In this document: positions 8,638-16,960 of the stretch, one piece after another | Layout: the number at the start of each line of letters is the position of its first letter | Position numbering within the stretch: position 1 is the stretch's first letter | Virus record (IMG/VR): IMGVR_UViG_3300016469_000254 | Coordinates: 1-36,945 of that record | Source: a virus | Lineage: Duplodnaviria; Caudoviricetes | Length of the DNA stretch: 36,945 nt | Strand: one strand, 5' to 3' | Position numbers and translations under genes: made by a program | Notes under the pieces: generated by a model | The model's database searches: none | What the model was told of the DNA's origin: nothing | Seen by the model: the letters and a program-made list of their open reading frames with translations, nothing else

Positions 8638-9892
8638 CAGCGCGCCTAGGGCTCAGACGGTAACGCAGCGGACAGAGCTTCCGCCTTGGCTGGAGGGCGT
8701 GACGCGCGAGAACATCGCACGCGCCGAGTCGATTAGTAACCAGCCCTACCAGGCCTACCCAGGCCAGATGACGGCCGGGTTTACGCCGGAGCAAGAGGCT
8801 GCGTTCCGGTACACGCAGAGCGGCATTGGGGCGACGCAGCCGTTCTTCGGGCAGGCGCTCAATCAGGCGGCGATGGGGACGACATTCGAGCCGTCCACAG
8901 TGACGCCAACTGGCGTCACCGCCGACCGCGTGACCGCGCAGAACTTCTTGAGCGGTAACGTCGGCGCGTACATGAACCCCTATATTCAGAACGTCGAGGA
9001 GGCCGCGCTTTCTCGTCTTGCCGGGGCAACGCAGCAGGCTGTTAACCGGATCGGGGATCAGGCGCTGGCCGCGCGCGCTTTTGGCGGGTCGCGCCAAGGC
9101 ATTGCCGAGGGCGTCGCTCTGGGCGAGGCCACGCGGTCGGCCGGTGAGCTTTCCGCGAACCTGCGCTCGCAGGGTTTCACTCAGGCGGCGAACCTCATGC
9201 AAGCGGACGCGCAGCGTGCCTTGCAGGCTGATCTGGCGAACCAGCAGGCTGGGCTTCAAGCTGGTCAGTTCACGGCGCAGCAGGCCTTGCAGGCCCAGCA
9301 GTTGAACCAGGCAGCGGGGCTTCAGGGCTTGCAAGGGCGTCTGGCGGCGGCGCAGCAGACGGGCGCGCTGGCGCAGCAGGCGCAGGCAGCACGCCAGCTT
9401 GACGCGGCGCTGCTTGAAAACATCGGCCAACAGCGTCAGGCGATGAACCAAGCGGCGCTGGACGAGGCGTATGCCCGCTTCATGGAGCAGCGGAATTACC
9501 CAATCGAGATGCTGAACCTGCGCCTCGCGGCGACGAGCGCGACGCCCTACGGCGCGACCACGACGGGGACGCAGTTCGTCCCGCGGGGTAACGCCCTTCT
9601 GGGTGGTCTGGGCGCTGTCGGTTCTGCCGCCTCTGGTATCGCGTCTCTGGCGGGGCTCTTCTCTGACGAGCGCGCGAAGACGGACATCGAGAAGGTCGGC
9701 AAGGATAAGGACACCGGCCTGACGATGTACGCCTACCGCTACAAGGGCGACCCGAAGAGCTACCCGAAGGTCGTTGGCCCGATGGCGCAAGAGGTCGAGA
9801 AGACGTATCCCGATCAAGTGCGCGACGTCGGCGGGCGCAAGGTGGTGAACCTGGGCTTCGGCCCGATGCGGAAGGCGATGCGCGATGGCTGA
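8630..9892 (+). CDS. DNA ejection/pilot protein with C-terminal S74-like chaperone domain
   Basis: Gln/Ala-rich helical body, YMNPY and AFGGSRQGIAE motifs, Gly-rich hydrophobic segment, then SDERAKTDIEKVG...YAYRYKGD...GPMAQEVEK. Confidence 0.75.
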   Translation: MGSSAPRAQTVTQRTELPPWLEGVTRENIARAESISNQPYQAYPGQMTAGFTPEQEAAFRYTQSGIGATQPFFGQALNQAAMGTTFEPSTVTPTGVTADRVTAQNFLSGNVGAYMNPYIQNVEEAALSRLAGATQQAVNRIGDQALAARAFGGSRQGIAEGVALGEATRSAGELSANLRSQGFTQAANLMQADAQRALQADLANQQAGLQAGQFTAQQALQAQQLNQAAGLQGLQGRLAAAQQTGALAQQAQAARQLDAALLENIGQQRQAMNQAALDEAYARFMEQRNYPIEMLNLRLAATSATPYGATTTGTQFVPRGNALLGGLGAVGSAASGIASLAGLFSDERAKTDIEKVGKDKDTGLTMYAYRYKGDPKSYPKVVGPMAQEVEKTYPDQVRDVGGRKVVNLGFGPMRKAMRDG

Positions 9893-10691
9893 TATCCCGA
9901 CCATCGCGGACTACATATACCGCCGGGCAACGGAACTCGGCGTCGATCCGAACTTGGCGTTGGGCATCGCGTCGCGAGAGGGCCTGAACTTCCGCACGCT
10001 GAGTTCTCCGACCTTCGGCAACGCCGACAATCGCGGCTACTCTTTCGGCCCGTTCCAGCTTTACTCTGGTTCGCGCGACCCCCGCAGCATCGCGCCTGGC
10101 GGTATGGCCTACGAGTTCCAGCAGCGGTACAGCGCGCCGCCGTCGGCGCAGAACTGGCGCGAGCAAGTCGACTTCAGCCTTGAGCGTATGCGCGATCGAG
10201 GCGTTGGCCCTTGGTACGCCGTCCGTAATGCGGGCGGCGTTGAGCCGATCACGCAGATCGGCCGTCAGTTTGCGGAGCGTCTGGGACTTGGTGCGCCTGC
10301 CGCCCCGCCTGCTGGCGTGCCTGGCCCGCAGGCTGATTTGGGCTCGTTTTCTCCGCAGCCCCCGCCCGCGGCTCCCGCGCCGGTTTACGGCAGCGACCTG
10401 GGTACTGGCCTGCGCCGTCTTGGTAACTTCCTTGCGCCCGGGCTTATCGACCCTGCGACGCCTCTGACGCCGGAACAGCAGCAGCAGGAGCGTGAACGCA
10501 ACGAGGCGCAGATGGTCACGGCGCGCAACCAGCAGGGCGCCGCGCGTGCGTTTGGGGCTCTTGCGCAGATGGGCACACCCCAGGACTTGCCGCAGCCGGA
10601 CTTGCGGGCCCAGGTGGCAGGCCCCCGTCAGTTCCAAGGCCTGCAAGCCTTCAACCCTATGCGTATCCGCCGCCGCGGCCTTCTGGACTAG
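9885..10691 (+). CDS. Internal virion protein with N-terminal lysozyme/lytic-transglycosylase-like domain
   Basis: GVDPNLALGIASREG (candidate catalytic Glu) and GPFQL motifs; low-complexity Pro/Gln C-terminus. Confidence 0.7.
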   Translation: MADIPTIADYIYRRATELGVDPNLALGIASREGLNFRTLSSPTFGNADNRGYSFGPFQLYSGSRDPRSIAPGGMAYEFQQRYSAPPSAQNWREQVDFSLERMRDRGVGPWYAVRNAGGVEPITQIGRQFAERLGLGAPAAPPAGVPGPQADLGSFSPQPPPAAPAPVYGSDLGTGLRRLGNFLAPGLIDPATPLTPEQQQQERERNEAQMVTARNQQGAARAFGALAQMGTPQDLPQPDLRAQVAGPRQFQGLQAFNPMRIRRRGLLD

Positions 10692-10700
10692 GAGATACCC

Positions 10701-12104
10701 ATGGTCGGTCTTCTTGACTTCTTTACTGGCGGCGACCCCGAACAGATGGCGCAGATCGATCCGCGCTACGGGGTGCCGCGCTCCGACGTCCGCGACGCGG
10801 CGATTAACACGCTGGGGAACATCAGCGCCCTGCTGCTCGCGGCCGGCCAGCCGATCATGCCGTCGCAGCGCGCGCAACTTATTGCTCAGATCGGCCCGGC
10901 GGCGGCTGGGGGCGGGACCGACCTCTACAACGCCGCCCAGCGGCGTCTGATGACGGCGCAGATGCAGCAGCGCCAAGCACAACAGCAGTCTGCCACAGAG
11001 TTCGCCAACATGCTGATGGGGCGTCCCGCCGCTGGTGCCGCTGGTGCCGCTGGTGCCGCTGGTGCCGCTGGTGCCGCTGGTGCCGCTGCCGGCGCTACCG
11101 CTCCCGCCGCGGGCGAACCTAGCGGTGGTGCAGGTGCCGTAGGTGGAGCGGCGCCGGCGGGTGCTGCCGGGGCCCAGCCTCCGGCGCGCGCCGCCGCCCG
11201 CACCATTGAAAACATGCCGGCGGACTTACGAGCGACGGCGGCGCGCGCGGCGCTTAGTGGTGATCTCTCCGGCGCTAGGCAGATCGTCGCCAACTGGCTG
11301 ACGCCTCCGCAACCCGACGAGTTTTCGCGCTTGCTGGCCCAAGCCGGCGTAGAGCCTGACAGCCCCGAAGCGCGCACGCTTGCCCGCAACATTTTGGAAA
11401 ACCGAGGGACGCCTCCTCCGGCGCAGATGGGCCCGATCCCGCCCGGTTTCCGCGCGACTTACGACGAGCGCGGGCGCCCCATTTCGGTGGAACCCATCCC
11501 CGGCAGTCCTGCGGCTCGCGAAGCCGAGCGCGCCGAACAGGCAGGGCGTGTTCGCACCGAAGCGACCCAGCAGACGGGCGGAACGGTTATTCGCTCTATC
11601 GACCGCGCGGAAGAAATCATGCGGACGTCGGTTCTTCCGACGACGGGCTTTTTTGCGGACTTCCTTGCTGGGCGCGGCGGCACCGGCGCGCGCGATCTTC
11701 GCGGAAATCTCGACACCATTCGCGCCAACATTGGTTTCGACCAGCTTAACCAGATGCGCCAGGCCAGCCCGACCGGCGGCGCTCTGGGTAACGTGTCTAA
11801 CCAAGAAATCGCGTACTTGCAGGCGGTCATGGGTAGCGTTGACCAGTCTCAGAGCGAAGGGGAACTGCGGCGAAACCTTCGCCGTCTGCGCGACGCATAC
11901 GATGAAATCGTCAATTACGGCCTTGGTAACCGCCCGCCGGTACAAATCCCTGGCCCCGGCGGGCGCGGTACGGCCGAACCGCCGCGTCCTGCTGAACCCG
12001 CCGCTCGCCGCCCTGGCGCGGAAACCCCACGGCCCGGCGCCGAAACCCAACGGCCGGGCGAAATCCGCACGCAGTCTGGTATCATCATTCGGCCAATCCA
12101 GTAG
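10701..12104 (+). CDS. DNA ejection (internal virion) protein
   Basis: SD AGGAG; IPPGFR...VEPIPGSPA and ANIGFDQLNQMRQASPTGGALGNVSNQE motifs seen in podovirus ejection proteins; synteny. Confidence 0.7.
   Translation: MVGLLDFFTGGDPEQMAQIDPRYGVPRSDVRDAAINTLGNISALLLAAGQPIMPSQRAQLIAQIGPAAAGGGTDLYNAAQRRLMTAQMQQRQAQQQSATEFANMLMGRPAAGAAGAAGAAGAAGAAGAAAGATAPAAGEPSGGAGAVGGAAPAGAAGAQPPARAAARTIENMPADLRATAARAALSGDLSGARQIVANWLTPPQPDEFSRLLAQAGVEPDSPEARTLARNILENRGTPPPAQMGPIPPGFRATYDERGRPISVEPIPGSPAAREAERAEQAGRVRTEATQQTGGTVIRSIDRAEEIMRTSVLPTTGFFADFLAGRGGTGARDLRGNLDTIRANIGFDQLNQMRQASPTGGALGNVSNQEIAYLQAVMGSVDQSQSEGELRRNLRRLRDAYDEIVNYGLGNRPPVQIPGPGGRGTAEPPRPAEPAARRPGAETPRPGAETQRPGEIRTQSGIIIRPIQ
11028..11090 (+). 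repeat. Tandem 9-bp repeat (GCCGCTGGT)x6 plus one imperfect copy, encoding (AAG)n
   Basis: Read directly; copies are perfect from 11028 to 11081. Confidence 0.97.
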
Positions 12105-12113
12105 GGGCGCGCC

Positions 12114-13859
12114 ATGCGATACGAAGTTACTACCCCCGACGGCCGACGCTTCGAGATTGAGGCGCCGGAGGGCGTGTCCCCCGAGGCGCTGTCCCGCGAG
12201 GTCGAAGCAGCGATTGGTCGGCCGGCGGCAGCGCCGCCCGCGGCAACACCACCGCAGCCCATCGGTGTTGGCGAGCGCATGCTGTACGGCGCAGGTGACG
12301 TGGCTCGCGGCGTCGAGCAGATAGCGGCAGAACGTATGCGCCCGCCCGAACAGACCGCTGTCGGCAGGGCGCTTATGAGCAACCCGAACCTCCGCGCGGT
12401 CATGGAGCGGGGCGCAGCGGCGGTCCCTCTTCCGACCGCCGAAGGCGCGCGCGAAGCTGTGCGCGCCCGTGAAGAGGCGTACGAAGCCCGCCGCGCGGCC
12501 GGTGGCGACACGGGTTTCGATTGGGCTCGCATGGCGGGCGGTATTGTTCCGGCCGCTCTGGCAACGGCCGCTCTGCGCGCGCCGGTGACGCTGCCTGGTG
12601 CTGCGGCTCAAGGCGGCGTCCTTGGGGCCGCGCAAGGTGCGGCCATGCCGGCACTAGGCGACCCTGAGACGCCCGAACGCATGCGGGCGGCTCTTAGCGG
12701 CGCGGCGTTCGGTCTTTTGGGCGGCGCTGGCGGTTATGGTGTGGGGCGCGCGATCGCGCCTCGCGTAAGCCCAGAGGTGGCAACGCTGCGCGAAGCTGGC
12801 GTCGAACTGACGCCGGGGCAGGCCTTGGGCGGCGCGGCGCGGACGGCCGAAGAGCGTCTGTCGGCTGTGCCGTTTATCGGCGGCCCGATCCAAGCGGCGC
12901 AGCAAAGGGGGACCGAGTCGTTCAACACTGCCATCGCTAATCGAGTACTGGCGCCGCTGAACGCCGCAGTGCCCGAGAACATCAAGGTCGGCCGTGATCT
13001 GGTCGATCACGTCAGCACCACCGTTAGCGATGCATACAAGGACATCTCCAGACGGGTCACACCATTTGGTTTGGACCAGCAGTTTGCCACTGACATCGCC
13101 AGTGTCTCGCAGCGGTTTCTGACGCCGGACATGGAGCAGGCGCTGGCGCGGTCGCTACAGCGCGATATCCTTAGCCGACTGCAAAACGTCGGCAACCGCA
13201 TCGACGGCGACACCTACCTCAACATCTCTGAGACGTTGGGGCGGAACGCCCGAGAATACCTTGGGTCGTCGGTGGTTAAGGAGCGCGAACTGGGCCGCGC
13301 TTTCGCCGCCGTACGCGAAGCGTTTGACGATCTTCTGGCCCGGTCCAACCCGGACTTGGCCGGCCAAGTTTCGGCGGCGCGGCAGGCCTATCGCAGCTTG
13401 GTTCCGCTGCAATCGGCGGCTAAAGCGGCCGAAGGTGGGGTCTTTACGCCGGCTCAGTTCGCTAACGCCGTGCGCAACGCCGATACCAGCACCAGGGGCG
13501 CCGCTTTCGCTCGCGGTCGAGCCAACATGCAGGAATTGGCCGACGCCGGAGTGCTTGGGATGGGTGCGTCGCCGGGCGCTGCTGGGGCGATAGATCGTTT
13601 GGCGGTCGGCGCCCTGGGCGGCGCCGCAGCCACCGGGGGCGTGCCTGTAGAGCAGCTTTTAGGCGCGGCTTTGGTCGGCGGCGGCGCGTATTCTCGCCCG
13701 CTCGCCAATGCGCTGACGACGGCCGTGACGGCCCAGCGCCCCGCGTTCATCCGCGATCTTGGTGACTTCATCGCGCGGTCTGGCGGCCCGATTAGCGTCC
13801 CGCTCAACATGATGCAGGCGATGCCCCCGCCTGAAGAGCGCCGCGGGCTGCTCGACTAG
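12114..13859 (+). CDS. Large DNA ejection (internal virion) protein
   Basis: MRYEVTTPDGRRFEIEAPEG N-terminus, Gly/Ala-rich hydrophobic segments, LTPGQ motif; last gene of the virion operon. Confidence 0.7.
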   Translation: MRYEVTTPDGRRFEIEAPEGVSPEALSREVEAAIGRPAAAPPAATPPQPIGVGERMLYGAGDVARGVEQIAAERMRPPEQTAVGRALMSNPNLRAVMERGAAAVPLPTAEGAREAVRAREEAYEARRAAGGDTGFDWARMAGGIVPAALATAALRAPVTLPGAAAQGGVLGAAQGAAMPALGDPETPERMRAALSGAAFGLLGGAGGYGVGRAIAPRVSPEVATLREAGVELTPGQALGGAARTAEERLSAVPFIGGPIQAAQQRGTESFNTAIANRVLAPLNAAVPENIKVGRDLVDHVSTTVSDAYKDISRRVTPFGLDQQFATDIASVSQRFLTPDMEQALARSLQRDILSRLQNVGNRIDGDTYLNISETLGRNAREYLGSSVVKERELGRAFAAVREAFDDLLARSNPDLAGQVSAARQAYRSLVPLQSAAKAAEGGVFTPAQFANAVRNADTSTRGAAFARGRANMQELADAGVLGMGASPGAAGAIDRLAVGALGGAAATGGVPVEQLLGAALVGGGAYSRPLANALTTAVTAQRPAFIRDLGDFIARSGGPISVPLNMMQAMPPPEERRGLLD

Positions 13860-13862
13860 ACC

Positions 13863-14078
13863 TTACTGGAGCGTCGCGTCAGGCGGCGCTCCAGTCTGCG
13901 CCGTAGCGGCATTAAGGATTTCGCGCCGCTCGCGCAGGCTGCGCAGGACGCTAAACCGCTGGTGCATACGGATCAGAAGGGTGGGACGCTTCTCGCCCTT
14001 CAGTTCCTCATGGATCAACTGCTCCAGTTCGTCCTCTCGCAGACTGCCTAGCCGGGCGTTCAGTTCGCGCCAGTTCAT
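13863..14078 (-). CDS. Small hypothetical protein downstream of SNF2 helicase
   Basis: ATGA overlap with the helicase stop; charged helical 71 aa. Confidence 0.7.
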   Translation of the reverse strand: MNWRELNARLGSLREDELEQLIHEELKGEKRPTLLIRMHQRFSVLRSLRERREILNAATAQTGAPPDATLQ

Positions 14079-15427
14079 GCGATCGTTCCCTTGAGTTCGT
14101 CGAGCGCCAGGTCTGAGACAGCGCGCTTGTCATAAAGCGCGGCCCAGATGCGCTCGTCAATAGTCTTGTTACATAGTAACACATAGACCCAGACCGGCTT
14201 GGTCTGGCCGCCGCGGTGCAGGCGCCCGACCGTCTGCTCGAACAGTTCCAGCGACCAGGGCAGCGAGAGGAACACCATCTTGTTGCCGCCGTGCTGGAGG
14301 TTCAGCCCGTGGCCGGCTGACTTCGGGTGGATCAGCAGCAGTTCGATCTTGCCGGCGTTCCATCGGTTGATGGCGTCGTAGTCGTCCACGGTCGCCGCGT
14401 TGGGGTAGCGGCGCTTCAGTTCGGCCAGTTCTTCCTTGAAGTTGTAGACGACGATCGTGTTGTCGCGCTGGTTCTCGGCCAGGATGTCGTCCAGCAGGTC
14501 GAACTTGTGCGGCGAGAACCAGACGGCCTTCTGCTGTAACGCAAACTTACCCGCCGTTTCCTGCGCTACGGTTTGGTTATTGTAAGCGAAGCCGCTGGCC
14601 ATCTGTTGCAGCTTGCTGGTCAGGGTCGCGGCCGTCAGCGCCGTGATCTGCTCGCCCTTCAACTCGACGAGAAAGTCCTTCTTCATCTTCTCGTAGGGCG
14701 CGCGGTCAGCCAGATCGCAGCGCATCTCGACCGTGTTGAGTGGCGGCAGCTTGTCCTTGTACTCGCCCGGCTCCAGCACGAAGGTGGCAGGCCGGATGGC
14801 GTCCATGACCGCCCCCAGCGCGCCTTTGCGCGGCATCCACTCGCCGTACTCGCGGTTGAGGCAGACGAAGTACTTCTGGAGGAAGGCGCCCTTAGACCGG
14901 CCCAGCAGCTTCTGGTCCACGACCTTACACTGCCCAAAGACGTCCTCCAGGCCGTTCGACGTGAACGAGCCCGTCAGGCCCCAGCGGACGCGGAAGCGTT
15001 CGATCTTCGCCTCCAGCGCCTTGAACCGCTTGCCCGACGGGTTCTTGAGCCGGGTCAACTCGTCGAAGACGATCCCGTCGAAGCCGTCGAGGTCGGTCAG
15101 GGCCTGGAGGTTGTCGTAGTTCGTGACCACGACCGCGGCGTCGGAGGCGAAGGCCGCCTCGCGCTGGCGGGGCGTGCCGACCGCGACCGCGATGGACAGC
15201 CCCGGCGCCCACTTCGGCCCCTCGATCGGCCAGACGTCCGTGCAAACGCGCTTCGGCGCCAGGACCAGCCAGCGCCGGACGTGACCGTCGGCCACCATCG
15301 CCGCCATCGCCGTCAGCGTGATCGCGGTCTTGCCGGCCCCCACGGGCGCTAGGATCATCCCCCGGTCGCGCTCGTAGAGGAAGTCGGCCGCATCGTTCTG
15401 ATACGGCCGAAGGCTTACGCGCGGCAC
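14075..15427 (-). CDS. SNF2-family (SF2) helicase
   Basis: LRPYQ, GAGKT (Walker A), VFDE (Walker B), GLTG, SAGHGLNLQ, QTVGRLHRGGQ. Confidence 0.93.
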   Translation of the reverse strand: MPRVSLRPYQNDAADFLYERDRGMILAPVGAGKTAITLTAMAAMVADGHVRRWLVLAPKRVCTDVWPIEGPKWAPGLSIAVAVGTPRQREAAFASDAAVVVTNYDNLQALTDLDGFDGIVFDELTRLKNPSGKRFKALEAKIERFRVRWGLTGSFTSNGLEDVFGQCKVVDQKLLGRSKGAFLQKYFVCLNREYGEWMPRKGALGAVMDAIRPATFVLEPGEYKDKLPPLNTVEMRCDLADRAPYEKMKKDFLVELKGEQITALTAATLTSKLQQMASGFAYNNQTVAQETAGKFALQQKAVWFSPHKFDLLDDILAENQRDNTIVVYNFKEELAELKRRYPNAATVDDYDAINRWNAGKIELLLIHPKSAGHGLNLQHGGNKMVFLSLPWSLELFEQTVGRLHRGGQTKPVWVYVLLCNKTIDERIWAALYDKRAVSDLALDELKGTIA

Positions 15428-15888
15428 TTGGTCAACACCCAGGCCCAGATGGCGCCGCCGCTAACCTTGGCTGCGAACTGAAGGGCGATGATGTGCGGCA
15501 TCAGAACCCCGAAAGCCAAGGTCGGGAAGATGATCGAGTCCACCAGCGCACCCGCAGCGTTGGACCCGTTTGCGCGGACCAACCAAGTGCCTTTCATCCG
15601 GGCGAAGACGCTCCAGTCCACAACCGCAGCAGCGGTGAACGCGACCGCAGACGCGACGGCAATCGCCCCCGCTGCCGGGTTAAGCGCGTAGGTCAGGACG
15701 CCCGTGCCGGCGATCAGCGCGCCCATCTGCCAAATCTTTAGACGAGTGTGCAGCCAATCCCGCAACGCCAAGTCTAGCCCGATGAACAGAAAGGCATTTA
15801 TGGGTGAAACCCACGGCCCGAAGGCGGCGATTGAAAGGTTAGCGGCGGTCATGGCGACGGCGTAGATCGCCATAGCGAGGTAAAGCAT
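15415..15888 (-). CDS. VUT family (YhhQ/Vut_1-like) membrane transporter, putative queuosine-precursor uptake
   Basis: About five hydrophobic segments; AAN, LRD, IAVASAVAF...D, R..GSN....VDSIIF..LAFG and K..GG motifs; SD AAGGAG before the ATG at 15888. Confidence 0.82.
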   Translation of the reverse strand: MLYLAMAIYAVAMTAANLSIAAFGPWVSPINAFLFIGLDLALRDWLHTRLKIWQMGALIAGTGVLTYALNPAAGAIAVASAVAFTAAAVVDWSVFARMKGTWLVRANGSNAAGALVDSIIFPTLAFGVLMPHIIALQFAAKVSGGAIWAWVLTKCRA

Positions 15889-15890
15889 GG

Positions 15891-16607
15891 TCACTCCTTG
15901 AAGGTAAAATTGGCTGGAGAGTTGTGCGCTTCTATGCGGTTTCGCATAACCAGCGCACGGGCTTCTTTGGTGGGCGGCAGGTAGTTACCTTTCGCCCACT
16001 TCTTATCTATTCCTACGTTGCGGCCGATGTTCGTGGAGTCGGCGCTGGCCAACGGTATCCGGGTGAACACCTTTGGGTTCAGCATCCGCAAGCCGTGCAA
16101 CTTGCACAGCGGGCGGCCGTCAGAACCGCAGGCCGCCTGCATGGCCTGCGCTATGCGGTCCCACCAAATCGGTGTCCCAACGGTGGCGTATTTGCCGGAG
16201 CTGCCGAGGCAGACGCGAGGGTAAGTGTTTGCCAAGCGGTCTAGCCGGTCCAGGCTTTCGTGCATGTGCCAGACTGGCGCCCCAAACCACACCGGCAACG
16301 GCCACTCGTCCAGCAGCGCGTCGTTGGCGGCCTCGTCGCCGTCAATAACGTCGGGGATGACCGCAAAGTCGCAGGACGGGAACCGCCGGCATTGTTCGGC
16401 CCAAGCATAATAGGGCCGCCAGTCCGTCACCGGCTGTCCAGCCATCCAGGCCGAGAACGCGCCGTTATCGACCGCGAAGGACTGACACACCTCAACGGCG
16501 ATCCCCAACTGTTCGGGGTGGGCAAAGCTGATGAACGCATGGCCTGCGTTGATAGCGGTAACGGCCGCTGTGGCCGGCGAAATGGTAAGGCCGTGGTAAT
16601 GGATCAT
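15891..16607 (-). CDS. TGT-fold (DpdA-like) base-exchange transglycosylase, 238 aa
   Basis: Likely true start MIHYHG at 16607 (ATGA overlap with the VRR-NUC stop). Motifs DNGAFS, PDVI, PVWH, LGSSG, LHGLR and SADST occur in the order expected for the TGT barrel. Confidence 0.68.
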   Translation of the reverse strand: MIHYHGLTISPATAAVTAINAGHAFISFAHPEQLGIAVEVCQSFAVDNGAFSAWMAGQPVTDWRPYYAWAEQCRRFPSCDFAVIPDVIDGDEAANDALLDEWPLPVWFGAPVWHMHESLDRLDRLANTYPRVCLGSSGKYATVGTPIWWDRIAQAMQAACGSDGRPLCKLHGLRMLNPKVFTRIPLASADSTNIGRNVGIDKKWAKGNYLPPTKEARALVMRNRIEAHNSPANFTFKE

Positions 16608-16876
16608 AGCGCGTTCACCCAGGCATCCACCTGCTCCTTCGTCCAGAGGCAGGCGTACCGCTGCCCGAGGCGTTCCATGTCCTGCGCGAACAGCTTCTGG
16701 AGCGGCGACAGCCGGCCGCCCTTCGTCTTCAACTCGACGAACCAGGTCTGGCCGCCCGGCAGGCAGACCACCCGGTCGGCCACGCCGCGATGGTTCACCG
16801 ACTTGAACTTGTAGGCCACGCCGCCCAGCCGGTTGACGTGCCAGACAAGGTGCCGTTCGATCTCGCTCTCGCGCAT
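16604..16876 (-). CDS. VRR-NUC domain nuclease
   Basis: ESEIE, GVADRVV, FVELKTKGGRLSPLQ (PD-(D/E)xK). Confidence 0.92.
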   Translation of the reverse strand: MRESEIERHLVWHVNRLGGVAYKFKSVNHRGVADRVVCLPGGQTWFVELKTKGGRLSPLQKLFAQDMERLGQRYACLWTKEQVDAWVNAL

Positions 16877-16882
16877 AATTTT

Positions 16883-16932
16883 CTCTTACCGCCGAAACAG
16901 GGCTTGTGCAACAGGTTCTGTTGCCATACCTT
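16883..16932. promoter_or_regulatory. Overlapping divergent sigma70-type promoters with palindrome GCAACAG-GTT-CTGTTGC (16908-16924)
   Basis: Rightward TTGTGC-17-TACCTT; leftward TTGCAC-17-TAAGAG; lies in the 84-bp gap between the divergent operons. Confidence 0.6.
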
Positions 16933-16960
16933 GAGGGCTCAGACGGTAGACGAGGGTAGG

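Noticed and set aside
8609-12635. Long antisense ORFs (431, 500, 469 aa; likewise 33286-34659 and 34735-35904)
   Set aside because: Shadow frames of high-GC3 genes with no recognisable motifs.
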